Below are positions 47,691 through 57,438 of a stretch of DNA of 59,352 nucleotides, one piece after another (within the stretch, counting starts at the first letter, position 1; the number at the start of each line of letters is the position of its first letter). The stretch spans positions 1 through 59,352 of the forward strand of contig JAXDQP010000023.1 in assembly GCA_034667745.1 (NCBI GenBank), written 5' to 3'. This DNA is from Thermoplasmata archaeon (lineage in GTDB: Archaea; Thermoplasmatota; E2; JACPAO01; JAHFTW01). Both the position numbers and the translations under genes were made by a program. A model generated the notes under the pieces. It saw only the letters and a list, made by a program, of their open reading frames with translations. It did no database searches and was not told the origin of the DNA.

Positions 47691-49481
47691 ATGCGGATGC
47701 ACCGGGCCACGCTCACCATGGTCCTCCTGCTGGCGGTCAGCTTGGGCGCCGCGGCCCAGGCCCCCGCCCTCCGGAGCGCCACGCTGGCGACCGACCCCTC
47801 CGGCGACCAGGCCATCGTCGGCCCGCAGGTGCCCAACCCCGCCGCCCCGGCGCCGGCCTACCGCAACGTGGACATCACGGCGGTCCTGGCGGTGCAGGCG
47901 ACGCAGAGCCCCACGCTCGTGCGGCTCTACGTCAACTTCTCCGCGCCGCCCACCGCGCGCCAGGCGGTCGAGTTCCAGTTCATCGTCGCGAAGGGGCCCG
48001 ACAGCGCGCCGGGCAGCACGGCCAGCGGCGCCGCCAAGACCGTCACCGTCACGGGCACCACCGTCACCGGCGCCGAGGGGGCGACAGCGGGCGCAAGCGG
48101 CAGCCAGCTCTTCATCGACCTGCCCTACACCAGCATCGGCGCCGCGCCGGGCGACCGCATCGAGAGCCTCGTGGTGACCGCGAGCGACCGCGACGGCGGC
48201 CCCACCGGCGGCGGCCCTCTGCCGGACACGGTTCCCACGGACGACTCCTCGGCCAGCGACCGCGCGCCCGACGGCGGCGCCGCCGCGCCCTTCACGCTCC
48301 AGCCGCCGCCGTTCCGCAGCGACCTGGTGGCCACGGTCCAGGGCGGCGAGCTGAGCGACCGCAACGGCACCCACGCGGTCGTGGGCGGCACCTTCGCCAC
48401 CCGCGACGGCAACGCCACGGTGGAGCTCGACCTCGTGGTCGCGAACCATGCCGGCGCCGCCGACGCAGTCCGCATCGGCTTGCTGGACCCGCCGCTGCGC
48501 GCGCAGGCCACCCTGCCCGCCGTCTTCACCGTCCCCGCCGGCGGCGAGTCGAGCCAGCGCGTGCTCATCCAGCTGCAAGGCGCGGCGCCCGGCACGCTCA
48601 CCTTCCGCCTCCAGGCCAAGGGGCTGGCGGGCGAGTCCACCGCCACGGCCACCGTCGTCGTCCTGCCGCCGCTGCCGCCGGGCCACCACGCCATCCCGTC
48701 CGCGCTCGCGTTCCTGACGCCGCTCGTCACCTCGCTCGGCCTCGACGACCCGCTGGGCAACTACGCAGAGCTGGCGTTCCTCCTGTTCCTGGTCCTGGTG
48801 GCGGTCGTCACGCTGTTCCTGGCCCTGTTCCTCGTCCAGACGCCCTGGCTGCGCGTGGCCGTCGAGCCGCGCCGCGCCCTGGCCGCCCCCGGCGGCGTGG
48901 CCGAGTTCCGCATCCGCCTCGACAAGGCCCGGCGCGGCGTGGCCTCCGCGAAGGCGGTGCTGCGCCGCGCGCCGTGGGCCTCCGCGTTCCGCTTCCGCGG
49001 CCCCGTGCCGGCCATGGGCTCGGTCCAGCTCGACCCCGCCAACCCCGCCGAGGGCATCCTGCGCGTCGAGGTCCCGCCCGGCACGCCCAGCCTGGAGCGC
49101 GAGACGGTCGAGTTCGACATCGTGCCGCTGGACGCCGACGGCGCCGAGATGCCGCGCCACCGCGCCCGCAGCCACGTCACGGTGCAGGCGCTCCAGCCGG
49201 CCCGCACCGACCCCCGCGTCCCGAAGGCGCGCGACATCCAGCTCGCCGCCGTCCGCCACGACCCGCCCGACCCGCTGCCGGGCGGCACGGTGACCACGCA
49301 CGCCACCATCCGCAACGACGGCAGCGGCCCCTCCGCCCTGCGCGTCGTGCTGCTGGTGGACGGCCACCCCGTGGTGGAGGAGCGCATCGAGCTGGCGGCG
49401 CGCGCCACCCGCGACGTCGCCCTGCCGTGGACGGCGGGCGCGGGCAAGAACCAGGTCAAGGTCCAGGTGTTCCTGGCATAA
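47691..49481 (+). CDS. Single-pass membrane protein with surface module, Ig-like domains and C-terminal CARDB-like domain
   Basis: Signal peptide; TDPSGD/DRAPD module; internal TM LAFLLFLVLVAVVTLFLALFLV; ATIRNDG...LLVDG...LPWTA.AG CARDB pattern. Confidence 0.75.
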   Translation: MRMHRATLTMVLLLAVSLGAAAQAPALRSATLATDPSGDQAIVGPQVPNPAAPAPAYRNVDITAVLAVQATQSPTLVRLYVNFSAPPTARQAVEFQFIVAKGPDSAPGSTASGAAKTVTVTGTTVTGAEGATAGASGSQLFIDLPYTSIGAAPGDRIESLVVTASDRDGGPTGGGPLPDTVPTDDSSASDRAPDGGAAAPFTLQPPPFRSDLVATVQGGELSDRNGTHAVVGGTFATRDGNATVELDLVVANHAGAADAVRIGLLDPPLRAQATLPAVFTVPAGGESSQRVLIQLQGAAPGTLTFRLQAKGLAGESTATATVVVLPPLPPGHHAIPSALAFLTPLVTSLGLDDPLGNYAELAFLLFLVLVAVVTLFLALFLVQTPWLRVAVEPRRALAAPGGVAEFRIRLDKARRGVASAKAVLRRAPWASAFRFRGPVPAMGSVQLDPANPAEGILRVEVPPGTPSLERETVEFDIVPLDADGAEMPRHRARSHVTVQALQPARTDPRVPKARDIQLAAVRHDPPDPLPGGTVTTHATIRNDGSGPSALRVVLLVDGHPVVEERIELAARATRDVALPWTAGAGKNQVKVQVFLA

Positions 49482-49550
49482 CTGCGCTAACCAGGTCAAT
49501 TTTCAAATTGAACGGGAACGATTCCTATGATTAGATAAAGGGACGTCCGT

Positions 49551-50039
49551 ATGTTAGGAACCGTGGCGACTACACAACCCGTTCGGCAGGGAGTCTTTGA
49601 GGCTTGGCTAGACGCGGAAATGTATACCAGATATCTTCGTCGGTTGGTTCAAAACCGTCGCCGACTTGAGTTCACCTTCTCAATTCTTATGACATTTACT
49701 GCATCCGGAACCTTTGTCCAACTGGTTGCCTCCACAACTAATTTTTTCACCGTATTGACGGGCTTGGCAACTGCGTTGCTTGGAGTCGTAAACACAGCCC
49801 TGACTTCCAAATCTCCTATTGCGGAATGGTCTGAGCTTGCTGCCGCCTGGTCAAAGCGCTGCCGGCCTTGGAACAATCTGTGGCTCTCAGTTAAGAATGG
49901 GGAAACTATCACACTCCTTCAACTTCAGTCGGAGTTGGGAAACGAGGTTGAGTTGGAGGCAAAGAGTGGCAATTTCCCCCATAAGAAAAAGCTCATTCGG
50001 AAAATACAAGGTGAGGTTCGACATTCTTTGGGATTGTAG
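49551..50039 (+). CDS. Low-GC 2-TM protein, SLATT-like
   Basis: Helix, two TM segments, then helical C-terminus (W..LW); AT-rich codon usage unlike neighbours. Confidence 0.6.
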   Translation: MLGTVATTQPVRQGVFEAWLDAEMYTRYLRRLVQNRRRLEFTFSILMTFTASGTFVQLVASTTNFFTVLTGLATALLGVVNTALTSKSPIAEWSELAAAWSKRCRPWNNLWLSVKNGETITLLQLQSELGNEVELEAKSGNFPHKKKLIRKIQGEVRHSLGL

Positions 50040-50047
50040 GCGACAAG

Positions 50048-50182
50048 ATGCGTAACCCTGACAGCGACTCGAAAGCTAACTCTAAGCCCAGTAACATCCG
50101 GAAGTCGATTCGTACAGACCCCTGGCCGGAAGCCCCCCAGCCGAAGGAGCCCGCTGAAAAGCCCGCGAAGAAGAAAAAGTAG
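50048..50182 (+). CDS. Putative 44-aa Pro/Lys-rich micropeptide
   Basis: MRNPDSDSKANSKPSNIRKSIRTDPWPEAPQPKEPAEKPAKKKK; ATG 8 nt after the upstream stop. Confidence 0.45.
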   Translation: MRNPDSDSKANSKPSNIRKSIRTDPWPEAPQPKEPAEKPAKKKK

Positions 50183-50279
50183 CTGACGGCCGGCTTCTTT
50201 GGCCTCAGCGAAGCCTTTATCAAAATCCACGGGTCGGCCAGGGTGCCCCTGGTGGGGCAACCAGTAGGAGCGCCGCACG

Positions 50280-51215
50280 ATGACCGCCGCCGAATCCGCC
50301 AGCCCGCCCAAGACCGAGACGACGACCGTCCCCGACGGCGAGGCAGCCAAGCCCGCGGCCCCGGTGGACGTGCGCAACCTGCAGGACAAGTTCAACAACC
50401 TCATCGAGCAGCGCAACCAGACCAACGACCTGGCGCGCGCCGCCGCCGAGCAGCGCAACCAGCTCAACGAGCAGCGCCGCGTCAAGAGCCAGGAGATCGA
50501 GACCCACAAGGCCGCCCGCGACGCCGCCAACGAGGTCATGCGCACCCACCGCGCCGCGCGCGACGCCTACCAGGAGCAGGCGAAGTCCCTCATCGCCCAG
50601 AAGAAGGGCAAGACCGGCTCCATCGACCGCAGCCTCCACCTCCAGGTCCGCAAGCTCCAGAACGACATCGCCGCGATGGTCGAGCAGCAGCAGACCGCCG
50701 TGATGTCCCCCTCGAAGGAGAAGGTGCTGGTCGAGAAGATCCGCGACCTGTTCCTCGAGCTGAAGACCAAGGAGGCCGAGCTCAAGTCGCAGAAGACCGT
50801 CGAGATCGACCTCTCGGACACCGACGGCAGCATCGACGGCTTCTTCGCGAAGGCCGACGAGGAGCACGCCAAGGTGGTCGCCGCCCTCAAGGAGGCGCAG
50901 GGCCACCACGAGAAGTTCATCGCCGGCGTCAAGGAGGTGCGCCTGCTGGTCTCCGAGGCCAACAAGAAGCACGCCGAGTTCGTCGCCCACAAGGAGAAGG
51001 CCGACGAGTGCCACACCAAGGCGATGGAGCTGCGCGAGAAGGTCATGGCCGTCCGCGGCGAGAAGAAGGCGGAGTACGACGCCCAGCGCAAGGAGATCCA
51101 GCAGGTCAACCAGACCGCGCGCAAGAACGTGGCCGACCCCCGCGCCCTCGACCGCATCAAGGACGATGCGCTGGAGCAGCTGAAGAAGGGCGGGAAGATT
51201 TCCCTCGGCTTCTGA
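50280..51215 (+). CDS. Conserved archaeal coiled-coil protein (COG1340-like)
   Basis: Long heptad pattern, QQTAVMSPSKEKVLVEKI, ADE.H repeats, C-terminal LKKGGKISL; SD AGGAG. Confidence 0.85.
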   Translation: MTAAESASPPKTETTTVPDGEAAKPAAPVDVRNLQDKFNNLIEQRNQTNDLARAAAEQRNQLNEQRRVKSQEIETHKAARDAANEVMRTHRAARDAYQEQAKSLIAQKKGKTGSIDRSLHLQVRKLQNDIAAMVEQQQTAVMSPSKEKVLVEKIRDLFLELKTKEAELKSQKTVEIDLSDTDGSIDGFFAKADEEHAKVVAALKEAQGHHEKFIAGVKEVRLLVSEANKKHAEFVAHKEKADECHTKAMELREKVMAVRGEKKAEYDAQRKEIQQVNQTARKNVADPRALDRIKDDALEQLKKGGKISLGF

Positions 51216-51282
51216 GCCCACGCTCCGCCGCGCCCCCGCTTTGGCCGTCGCCGCTATAACGGCAGGCGCGCCTGCCCCGCCC

Positions 51283-52536
51283 ATGCTCCGCAGCGTCCTC
51301 GCCGCCCTCCTGTTGACCGCCCTCCTGGCGATGCCGGCGCTGGCGGACGCGCCCCGCGACGAGCGGCAGGAGCGCCGCCAGGCCGCGATGGAGCGCTGGC
51401 AGGGACTCAACGAGACGCAGCGCGAGCGGGGCCTGGAGCGCGCCGAGGCGCACGGCCTGTTCGCCCGCCTCACCTACGACGCCGGCACCGGGCAGGCCAG
51501 CGGGGCGTTCCTGCGCCTCACCGTGCAGCCGACCGTGGGCGGCCTCCAGGACGTGCGGGTGCGGGCCAACCGGACGGTCGCGCTGACGCCGCTGCTGGCC
51601 TCCGTCGTCCCCACGCCGTTCGCGCTGCAGGACGGCCCGACGGTGCGCGGCGCGACGCTGCTCCTCAACGGGGCTGGCGTCGACTTCGCGGCGCACAACG
51701 ACCCCACGGCGGCCCTCACCTGGCGCGCCTCCGCCGCGACCAACCTCACCTTCACCCTGGCGCCGGGCCTCAAGGCGGTCGTCTCCGACGCCCACGAGGT
51801 GCGCATCACGGTCGGCGCCACGCACGGCCACATCGTCTCCAACGGCGCGGCGCCGCTCAAGATGCTGGACGACCACACCGTCGTCGCCTCGCTCGCCGCC
51901 GGCGACGCCGCCGCCGTCCGCCTCCACCCGCTGCACGGCGGCGAGGCGCTGCACGACCTCATCGCGGCGCTCAAGGCGCACCGCCTCGGCGCGTTCCTGC
52001 GCGTGGCCGACGCGGGCGGCGTCCCGGCCGAGGACGGCGAGGCGGGCGACGTGCAGGCGACGACCCGCTCCATCGCGCGCGGCCGCGTGGTCTGGGACAT
52101 CGCCTCCGAGCAGCACGAGGGCCGCGTTCTGTTCCTGACGCTGGACAACACGACGCTCGACCTGGCGCGCCTCGACCAGGCCGTCGCGACCCTGAACGGC
52201 ACCGGCCTCACGCGCGTGGCCACCACCGCCGCCGTGGTGGCCGCGGCCAACGGCGCCTTCGCGCTGGTGCGCAGCGACGACGGGCAGACCGTCACCCTCG
52301 CGGTGTCCGTGCCGCACTTCAGCAGCTACGCGCTCGCCCTCAGCCAGCCGGTGGCCAGCGAAACGGGCAGCGGCACGGGCGGCCCGAGCAGCAGCCCGGC
52401 GACCGGCGGCTCGTCCTCGCCCGGCCCCAGCAACGCGGTGGGGACCAGCGGCGCGACCCGCCGCACCCCGGGGCCTGAGGCGGCGGGCGCCATCGCCGTC
52501 CTGGGCCTTGCCCTCCTCCTGCGGCGGCGGGCATGA
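51283..52536 (+). CDS. Cell-surface protein with C-terminal TP-TM-RRR sorting signal
   Basis: Signal peptide ALA; VPHFS motif before the S/G/T linker; RRTPGPEAAGAIAVLGLALLLRRRA. Confidence 0.8.
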   Translation: MLRSVLAALLLTALLAMPALADAPRDERQERRQAAMERWQGLNETQRERGLERAEAHGLFARLTYDAGTGQASGAFLRLTVQPTVGGLQDVRVRANRTVALTPLLASVVPTPFALQDGPTVRGATLLLNGAGVDFAAHNDPTAALTWRASAATNLTFTLAPGLKAVVSDAHEVRITVGATHGHIVSNGAAPLKMLDDHTVVASLAAGDAAAVRLHPLHGGEALHDLIAALKAHRLGAFLRVADAGGVPAEDGEAGDVQATTRSIARGRVVWDIASEQHEGRVLFLTLDNTTLDLARLDQAVATLNGTGLTRVATTAAVVAAANGAFALVRSDDGQTVTLAVSVPHFSSYALALSQPVASETGSGTGGPSSSPATGGSSSPGPSNAVGTSGATRRTPGPEAAGAIAVLGLALLLRRRA

Positions 52537-53972
52537 ACGGGCCCGAGACCGCCGCCCTCGCCCTGCCGGTCCTGTGCGGCCTGGGGCTGGTGGGCATCGC
52601 CGTCCTCGTGGCGCGCACCGGGTGGCAGCACCGCCACAACCGCCTCTTCGCCAGCCTCTACCTGCTGTCCGGCCTGAACAGCATCAGCCAGGGGTTGTCG
52701 AGCCAGATTGCGCAATCGTCCCCCGCGGACCCCGCGACGGTGGCCGACCTGTTCCACCAGAGCTCCGCCTACTTCCCCGACTCCACGGTGCTGTTCTACG
52801 TCCAGGTCGTCTGCACGGTGCTCATGCTGCCGCTGCTGTTCCTGTTCGTGCTGAACTTCCCGCGGCCGATGCCGTGGACGGTGCGCCACCCGCGCCTGCA
52901 GTGGCTCGCGTTCTCGGTGTCGCTGCTGTTCGGCTCCATCTTCATCTTCCAGCCGCAGGCGGTCCCGCTCCAGCTCGCGCTGGAGTCCTTCAACGTCCTC
53001 GCGACGGCGGTCATCCTGGCCGCCACGTTCGTGCTGTGGCGCACCGAGGCGCGCTCGCCCTCCGGCATCGAGCGGCAGCAGGCGGGCTACCTGCTCATCG
53101 GGTTCCTGCCGGCCTTCGCGGCCACGGGCGCCATCACGCTGCTGGGCTACGCCTTCGGGCCGCTGGCCGCCCACTACCAGCAGCCGCTCATCTACTACAT
53201 CGACCCGCCGCTGGAGCTCATCGCGGCGGCGGTGACGGCGTTTGCCATCCTGAAGTACCGGCTGCTGGACTTCGAGCTGAAGGTGCGCGGCGGCATGCGC
53301 TACGTGGTGCTGACGCTCATCCTGGGCACCTTCTTCTTCGTCGTCGAGGTCTACGTCGGGAACTTCATCCTGCAGAACCGCGTGTTCAGCTTCCTCGGCC
53401 CATACGGCTCGGCCGGCCTGGCCGGCGTGGCGGGCCTCGTCCTGTTCAAGCCCGTGCACGCCCTCTCGGGCAAGGTGACGGACAAGCTGTTCCCCGACGC
53501 GGCCGGGCCGAAGGTGGACTACGAGCGGCAGCGCTCGCGGGAAATCTACCAGGCGCAGGCGACCCATGTCCTGCGCGACGCGAAGGTGACCGACCGCGAG
53601 ATGGCGTTCCTGCACACGCTGCGCGACCAGCTTGGCCTGTCGGCGGCCGAGGCGGAGCAGATCGAGGAGTCGGTCGAGACGACGCTCGGCGTGGACAGCG
53701 ACAGGACCGGGCAGGTCCACATCCCCGCCCCGTTGCGCGTCCTGCGGCAGGCCCCTCCGCCTCCCACCGCGCCGCCCCTGGCCCCGCCGCCGCAACCCAG
53801 GAACATCGTGCGTCCCGCCGCGCCGGCGCCCCGCGCCCCGGCCAAGGCGGCCGTGAAGCCGGCTGCGACCGCGCAGAAGGCTCCGGCCAGGGCGCCCGCG
53901 AAGGCAGCCGCCCCGAAGGCCGCGCCCGCCAAGCCCAAGGCGCCCGCCAAGCCGAAGCCCAAGGCGAAGTAG
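52533..53972 (+). CDS. Multi-TM (7TM-sensor-like) membrane protein with helical C-terminal domain and PAKA tail; no kinase domain
   Basis: NRLF, FVLNFP, FAILKYRLLDFE typical of N-terminal 7TM sensor modules; DAKVTDREMAFLHTLRDQLGLS. Confidence 0.7.
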   Translation: MNGPETAALALPVLCGLGLVGIAVLVARTGWQHRHNRLFASLYLLSGLNSISQGLSSQIAQSSPADPATVADLFHQSSAYFPDSTVLFYVQVVCTVLMLPLLFLFVLNFPRPMPWTVRHPRLQWLAFSVSLLFGSIFIFQPQAVPLQLALESFNVLATAVILAATFVLWRTEARSPSGIERQQAGYLLIGFLPAFAATGAITLLGYAFGPLAAHYQQPLIYYIDPPLELIAAAVTAFAILKYRLLDFELKVRGGMRYVVLTLILGTFFFVVEVYVGNFILQNRVFSFLGPYGSAGLAGVAGLVLFKPVHALSGKVTDKLFPDAAGPKVDYERQRSREIYQAQATHVLRDAKVTDREMAFLHTLRDQLGLSAAEAEQIEESVETTLGVDSDRTGQVHIPAPLRVLRQAPPPPTAPPLAPPPQPRNIVRPAAPAPRAPAKAAVKPAATAQKAPARAPAKAAAPKAAPAKPKAPAKPKPKAK

Positions 53973-54016
53973 CGCGCGCTGCGGCAGTGTTTTGCCGGAC
54001 ACGCCCTTGCAACGGC

Positions 54017-55102
54017 ATGGCCAAGCTCCCCGCGCTCGCCTGCGCCGCGCTCCTTGCCGCGCTGCTGCCCGGCTGCGCCGTGGGCGAGGCGCGCACGGAG
54101 TGGGCCTTCGACGTCACCCAGTTCACCCAGCTGGCCAGCGCGGGCCGCACCGGGCACGGCGTCGTGGTGGCTCTCCTCGACACCGGCATCAGCCCGCAGC
54201 ACTCGGCCCTCAAGCACCTCTTCGACGGCAGCGCCGCCAACGGCGAGGTGACGGGGTTCCGCGACCTCGTGAACGGCCGCGACGGCGTCGCGAACGCCTA
54301 CGACGACGAGGGGCACGGCAGCCACGTCGCCGGCATCCTGGCCGCCAGCGGCTCCAGCCTGTCCGACAAGCTCTCCTACGGGGGCGTGAACCTGCTGGGC
54401 GGCGCCCCGGGCGTCCAGCTTCTCGTGGCGAAGGTGTGCGGCACGAGCGACTGCCCCACCGACGCGGTGACGCGGGGCGTGGAGTGGGCCGCCGCGCAGC
54501 ACGCGCAGGTCATCAGCATGAGCCTGGGCGCGCGGGCCGGCTTCAGCCTCCTGGGGCTCACCGACTCGCAGGCCACCGCGCTCCGCAACGCCGTCCAGTC
54601 CGCCCTCGACCACGGCATCGTCGTGGTGGCCGCCGCCGGCAACGACGGCTCGCAGGCAAGCGACGTCTCCACGCCCGCCAGCATCCCCGGCGTCCTCGCC
54701 GTCGGCGCAATCCAGGAGGACGGCGCGGTGTGGGCGCAGTCCAGCCGGGGCGACAATGCTGGCCAGCCCTGCCGCACGCTTCCCCTGGTTGGGCAATCCG
54801 GCCGCTGCGACCCCAACAAGAAGCCGGAACTGGTGGCGCCCGGCGTCAACATCCTGTCCGCCTGGATGGGGGACGGCTACGCCCGCGCCAGCGGCACGAG
54901 CCAGGCCACCCCGTTCGTCGCGGCGGCCGTCGCCCTCCTGTTGGAGGGCCGCCCAGCCCTGCGCGACGCCGCCGGGGTGCAGCACCTCAAGCAGGTCCTG
55001 GAGCAGACGGCCAAGCCGGTCCCCGGCCAAGCCACGCCACACGACGACGCGGCGGGCTACGGCCTGCTCCAGGCGAAGGCTGCCCTGGCCGCCTATCCAT
55101 AA
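54017..55102 (+). CDS. Subtilisin-like S8 serine protease, lipoprotein
   Basis: Lipobox LPGC; triad LLDTG / GHGSHVAG / SGTSQATP; AAAGN. Confidence 0.93.
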   Translation: MAKLPALACAALLAALLPGCAVGEARTEWAFDVTQFTQLASAGRTGHGVVVALLDTGISPQHSALKHLFDGSAANGEVTGFRDLVNGRDGVANAYDDEGHGSHVAGILAASGSSLSDKLSYGGVNLLGGAPGVQLLVAKVCGTSDCPTDAVTRGVEWAAAQHAQVISMSLGARAGFSLLGLTDSQATALRNAVQSALDHGIVVVAAAGNDGSQASDVSTPASIPGVLAVGAIQEDGAVWAQSSRGDNAGQPCRTLPLVGQSGRCDPNKKPELVAPGVNILSAWMGDGYARASGTSQATPFVAAAVALLLEGRPALRDAAGVQHLKQVLEQTAKPVPGQATPHDDAAGYGLLQAKAALAAYP

Positions 55103-55319
55103 GAATCCTCAAATAGCCCGAGCTGCACTCCGCAACCCGGAGACGGCCCCGGGTTGCCATTTGGCGCCCCGCGCCACATCCCTTCACGCTCATCGCCGGA
55201 CCCTGTCCGGCACCCTGGCTTCGCGCCTCCTTCCGCCCCCACGGAACCGGCCCGCGCGACACCGACGGCCCCCTGGGCCGCGTGAGCACCTGAGGGCCGC
55301 CTCCAGGAAACGCACCACC

Positions 55320-56789
55320 ATGGTCGTCGACCCCAGCACCACCAAGTACCTGATCCGCGCCACCGTCAACGCCGACGGCGTGGTCGAGAAGCCCGACATC
55401 ATCGGCGCCGTCTTCGGCCAGACCGAGGGCCTGCTCGGCAACGAGCTCGACCTGCGCGACCTCCAGAAGAGCGCCCGCATCGGCCGCGTCGAGGTCGACA
55501 TCGAGACCCGCAACGGCAAGACCACGGGCACCATCATCCTGCCCTCCGCCCTCGACAAGGTCGAGTCCGCCATCCTGGCGGCCGGCCTCGAGACCATCGA
55601 CCGCATCGGCCCCGCCAAGGCGCTCATCCGGGTCACCTCCATCGAGGACACCCGCGAGGCGCGCCGCAAGAGCGTCGTGGACCGCGCCAAGGAGCTGCTC
55701 TCCACCATCAACGAGGGCAGCGGCCAGGACTCCAGCAAGATCGCCGACGAGGTCCGCTCCGCCGTCCAGGTGGCCGAGGTCACCAAGTTCCGCAACACCA
55801 AGCTGCCCGCCGGCCCCAACGTGGACTCGTCGGACTCGGTCATCCTGGTGGAGGGCCGCAACGACGTCATCAACCTCCTCAAGTGCGGCATCAAGAACGC
55901 CGTCGCCGTCGAGGGCACCAACATCCCCGACGAGATCAAGGAGCTGTCCAAGGAGAAGACCACCATCGTCTTCGTGGACGGCGACCGCGGCGGCGAGCTG
56001 ATCGCCAAGGAGATCCTCCAGACCTGCGAGGTCGACTTCGTGGCCCGCGCGCCCCCGACCCGCGAGGTCGAGGAGCTGCCCCACAAGCTCGTGATGAAGT
56101 GCCTCAAGAACAAGGTCACCGCCGAGCAGTTCACCTCCCAGATGGGCATCGTCCTGCGCAAGCCCGAGGGCGGCGCCAAGGGCGAGGCCCGCGCGGAGCG
56201 CTCGGAGGAGCCCCGCCAGGAGCGCGGCGAGCGGCCGGAGCGCCGCGACGAGCGCCAGGGCGGCCGCGAGGGTGGCCGTGACGGCGCCCGCGAGGGCGGG
56301 CGCGACGGCGGCCGCAGCGAGCGCCCGGCCCGCGAGGAGCGCCAGGAGCGCGAGCCCCGCGAGGGCGGCGACGACCGCCGCGGCCGCGGCGGCCGTGGGC
56401 GCGGCGGCCGGGGCCGCCGCGACGACGCCGAGGGCGGCGAGGAGCAGGCCGCGGAGCCCGGCGAGGCGGCCCCGGTCGCCGTCCGCGAGGGCGACCCCCG
56501 CACCCAGTTCAAGCAGATTCTCGGCACCCTGTCGGGCAGCCTGAAGGCGGTCCTGCTGGACGACACCGGCAAGACGCTCCAGGGCGAGCTGGCCGTGCGC
56601 GAGCTGGCCGACACCCTGAAGGGCTCCAAGGACGGCGTGCACGCGGTCGTCTTCGACGGCGTCATCACGCAGCGCCTGCTGGACATCGCGGCGGAGAAGA
56701 AGATCGCCACCGTCGTCGGCGTCAAGATGGGCAACGTCACCAAGGTGCCCGACACCGTGGAGATCCTCACCCGCGACGACCTCCAGTAG
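55320..56789 (+). CDS. dnaG: Archaeal DnaG (TOPRIM; exosome-associated)
   Basis: GVVEKPDIIGAVFGQTEGLLG, LVEGRNDV, FVDGDRGG, VFDGVITQRLLD. Confidence 0.96.
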   Translation: MVVDPSTTKYLIRATVNADGVVEKPDIIGAVFGQTEGLLGNELDLRDLQKSARIGRVEVDIETRNGKTTGTIILPSALDKVESAILAAGLETIDRIGPAKALIRVTSIEDTREARRKSVVDRAKELLSTINEGSGQDSSKIADEVRSAVQVAEVTKFRNTKLPAGPNVDSSDSVILVEGRNDVINLLKCGIKNAVAVEGTNIPDEIKELSKEKTTIVFVDGDRGGELIAKEILQTCEVDFVARAPPTREVEELPHKLVMKCLKNKVTAEQFTSQMGIVLRKPEGGAKGEARAERSEEPRQERGERPERRDERQGGREGGRDGAREGGRDGGRSERPAREERQEREPREGGDDRRGRGGRGRGGRGRRDDAEGGEEQAAEPGEAAPVAVREGDPRTQFKQILGTLSGSLKAVLLDDTGKTLQGELAVRELADTLKGSKDGVHAVVFDGVITQRLLDIAAEKKIATVVGVKMGNVTKVPDTVEILTRDDLQ

Positions 56790-56796
56790 GCTGCGG

Positions 56797-56835
56797 TTTC
56801 GCGTTCCTTTTCCTTCTTTTTCCTTCGGTTTTCCT
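56797..56835 (+). terminator. Oligo-T/pyrimidine terminator tract
   Basis: TTCCTTTTCCTTCTTTTTCCTT immediately after the dnaG stop. Confidence 0.5.
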
Positions 56836-57010
56836 GCGATTTTTGCCGAGGTTTCAGAGAGCCGAAACCTGGAGATTTTCCAGCTCTTTCCTGGTCTGCG
56901 CTTGACCCTGTTTATTCGACTCTTTTTGGAGTAACGACCAGAAAATCCCTTGTTCTCCTGGGATTTAGGCACCAATCTATATATGGGATGGTTTCGTTTC
57001 GCCGAATGGG

Positions 57011-57364
57011 ATGCACAAAGACGAGCTGCTGCAGCTTCACAGCTTGCTGTGCCAGATGAAGCGGTATTTCGAGGAGTGCGGGCTGCCCCTGGTGGGGGAG
57101 TTCAAGGAATATGAAGGGCTCAGCGTCAGCCCCCAGCACATCCACAAGTCGAAGACGGACCACAAGCGGGCCGTCTTCCTGCTCGGCAAGGGCCTCAGCG
57201 AAGTGGTCATGCAGGGGAACCCTGACCACCAAGCCCGGCTCCGCGAGCGCTTCATCCGGCTGGCAACGGCCGCCACCAGCGACGAGGACGACGAGGACCT
57301 GCCCACCGGCAACAGCCGGGACCGCAACCTCCCCGCCTTCGCCCTGGCGGCCCTGAGCCACTGA
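57011..57364 (+). CDS. UPF0058-family protein
   Basis: MHKDELLQLH, Y..L.VSPQHIHKSKTDHKRAVFLLG; CTATATAT box about 26 nt upstream. Confidence 0.92.
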   Translation: MHKDELLQLHSLLCQMKRYFEECGLPLVGEFKEYEGLSVSPQHIHKSKTDHKRAVFLLGKGLSEVVMQGNPDHQARLRERFIRLATAATSDEDDEDLPTGNSRDRNLPAFALAALSH

Positions 57365-57438
57365 AGCCGCAGCCTGCCGCCAACCGGGGGCGCTTCGCCC
57401 CTCACCGTGGCCGGGCCGTCGAATGACGGGCCGTGCCG

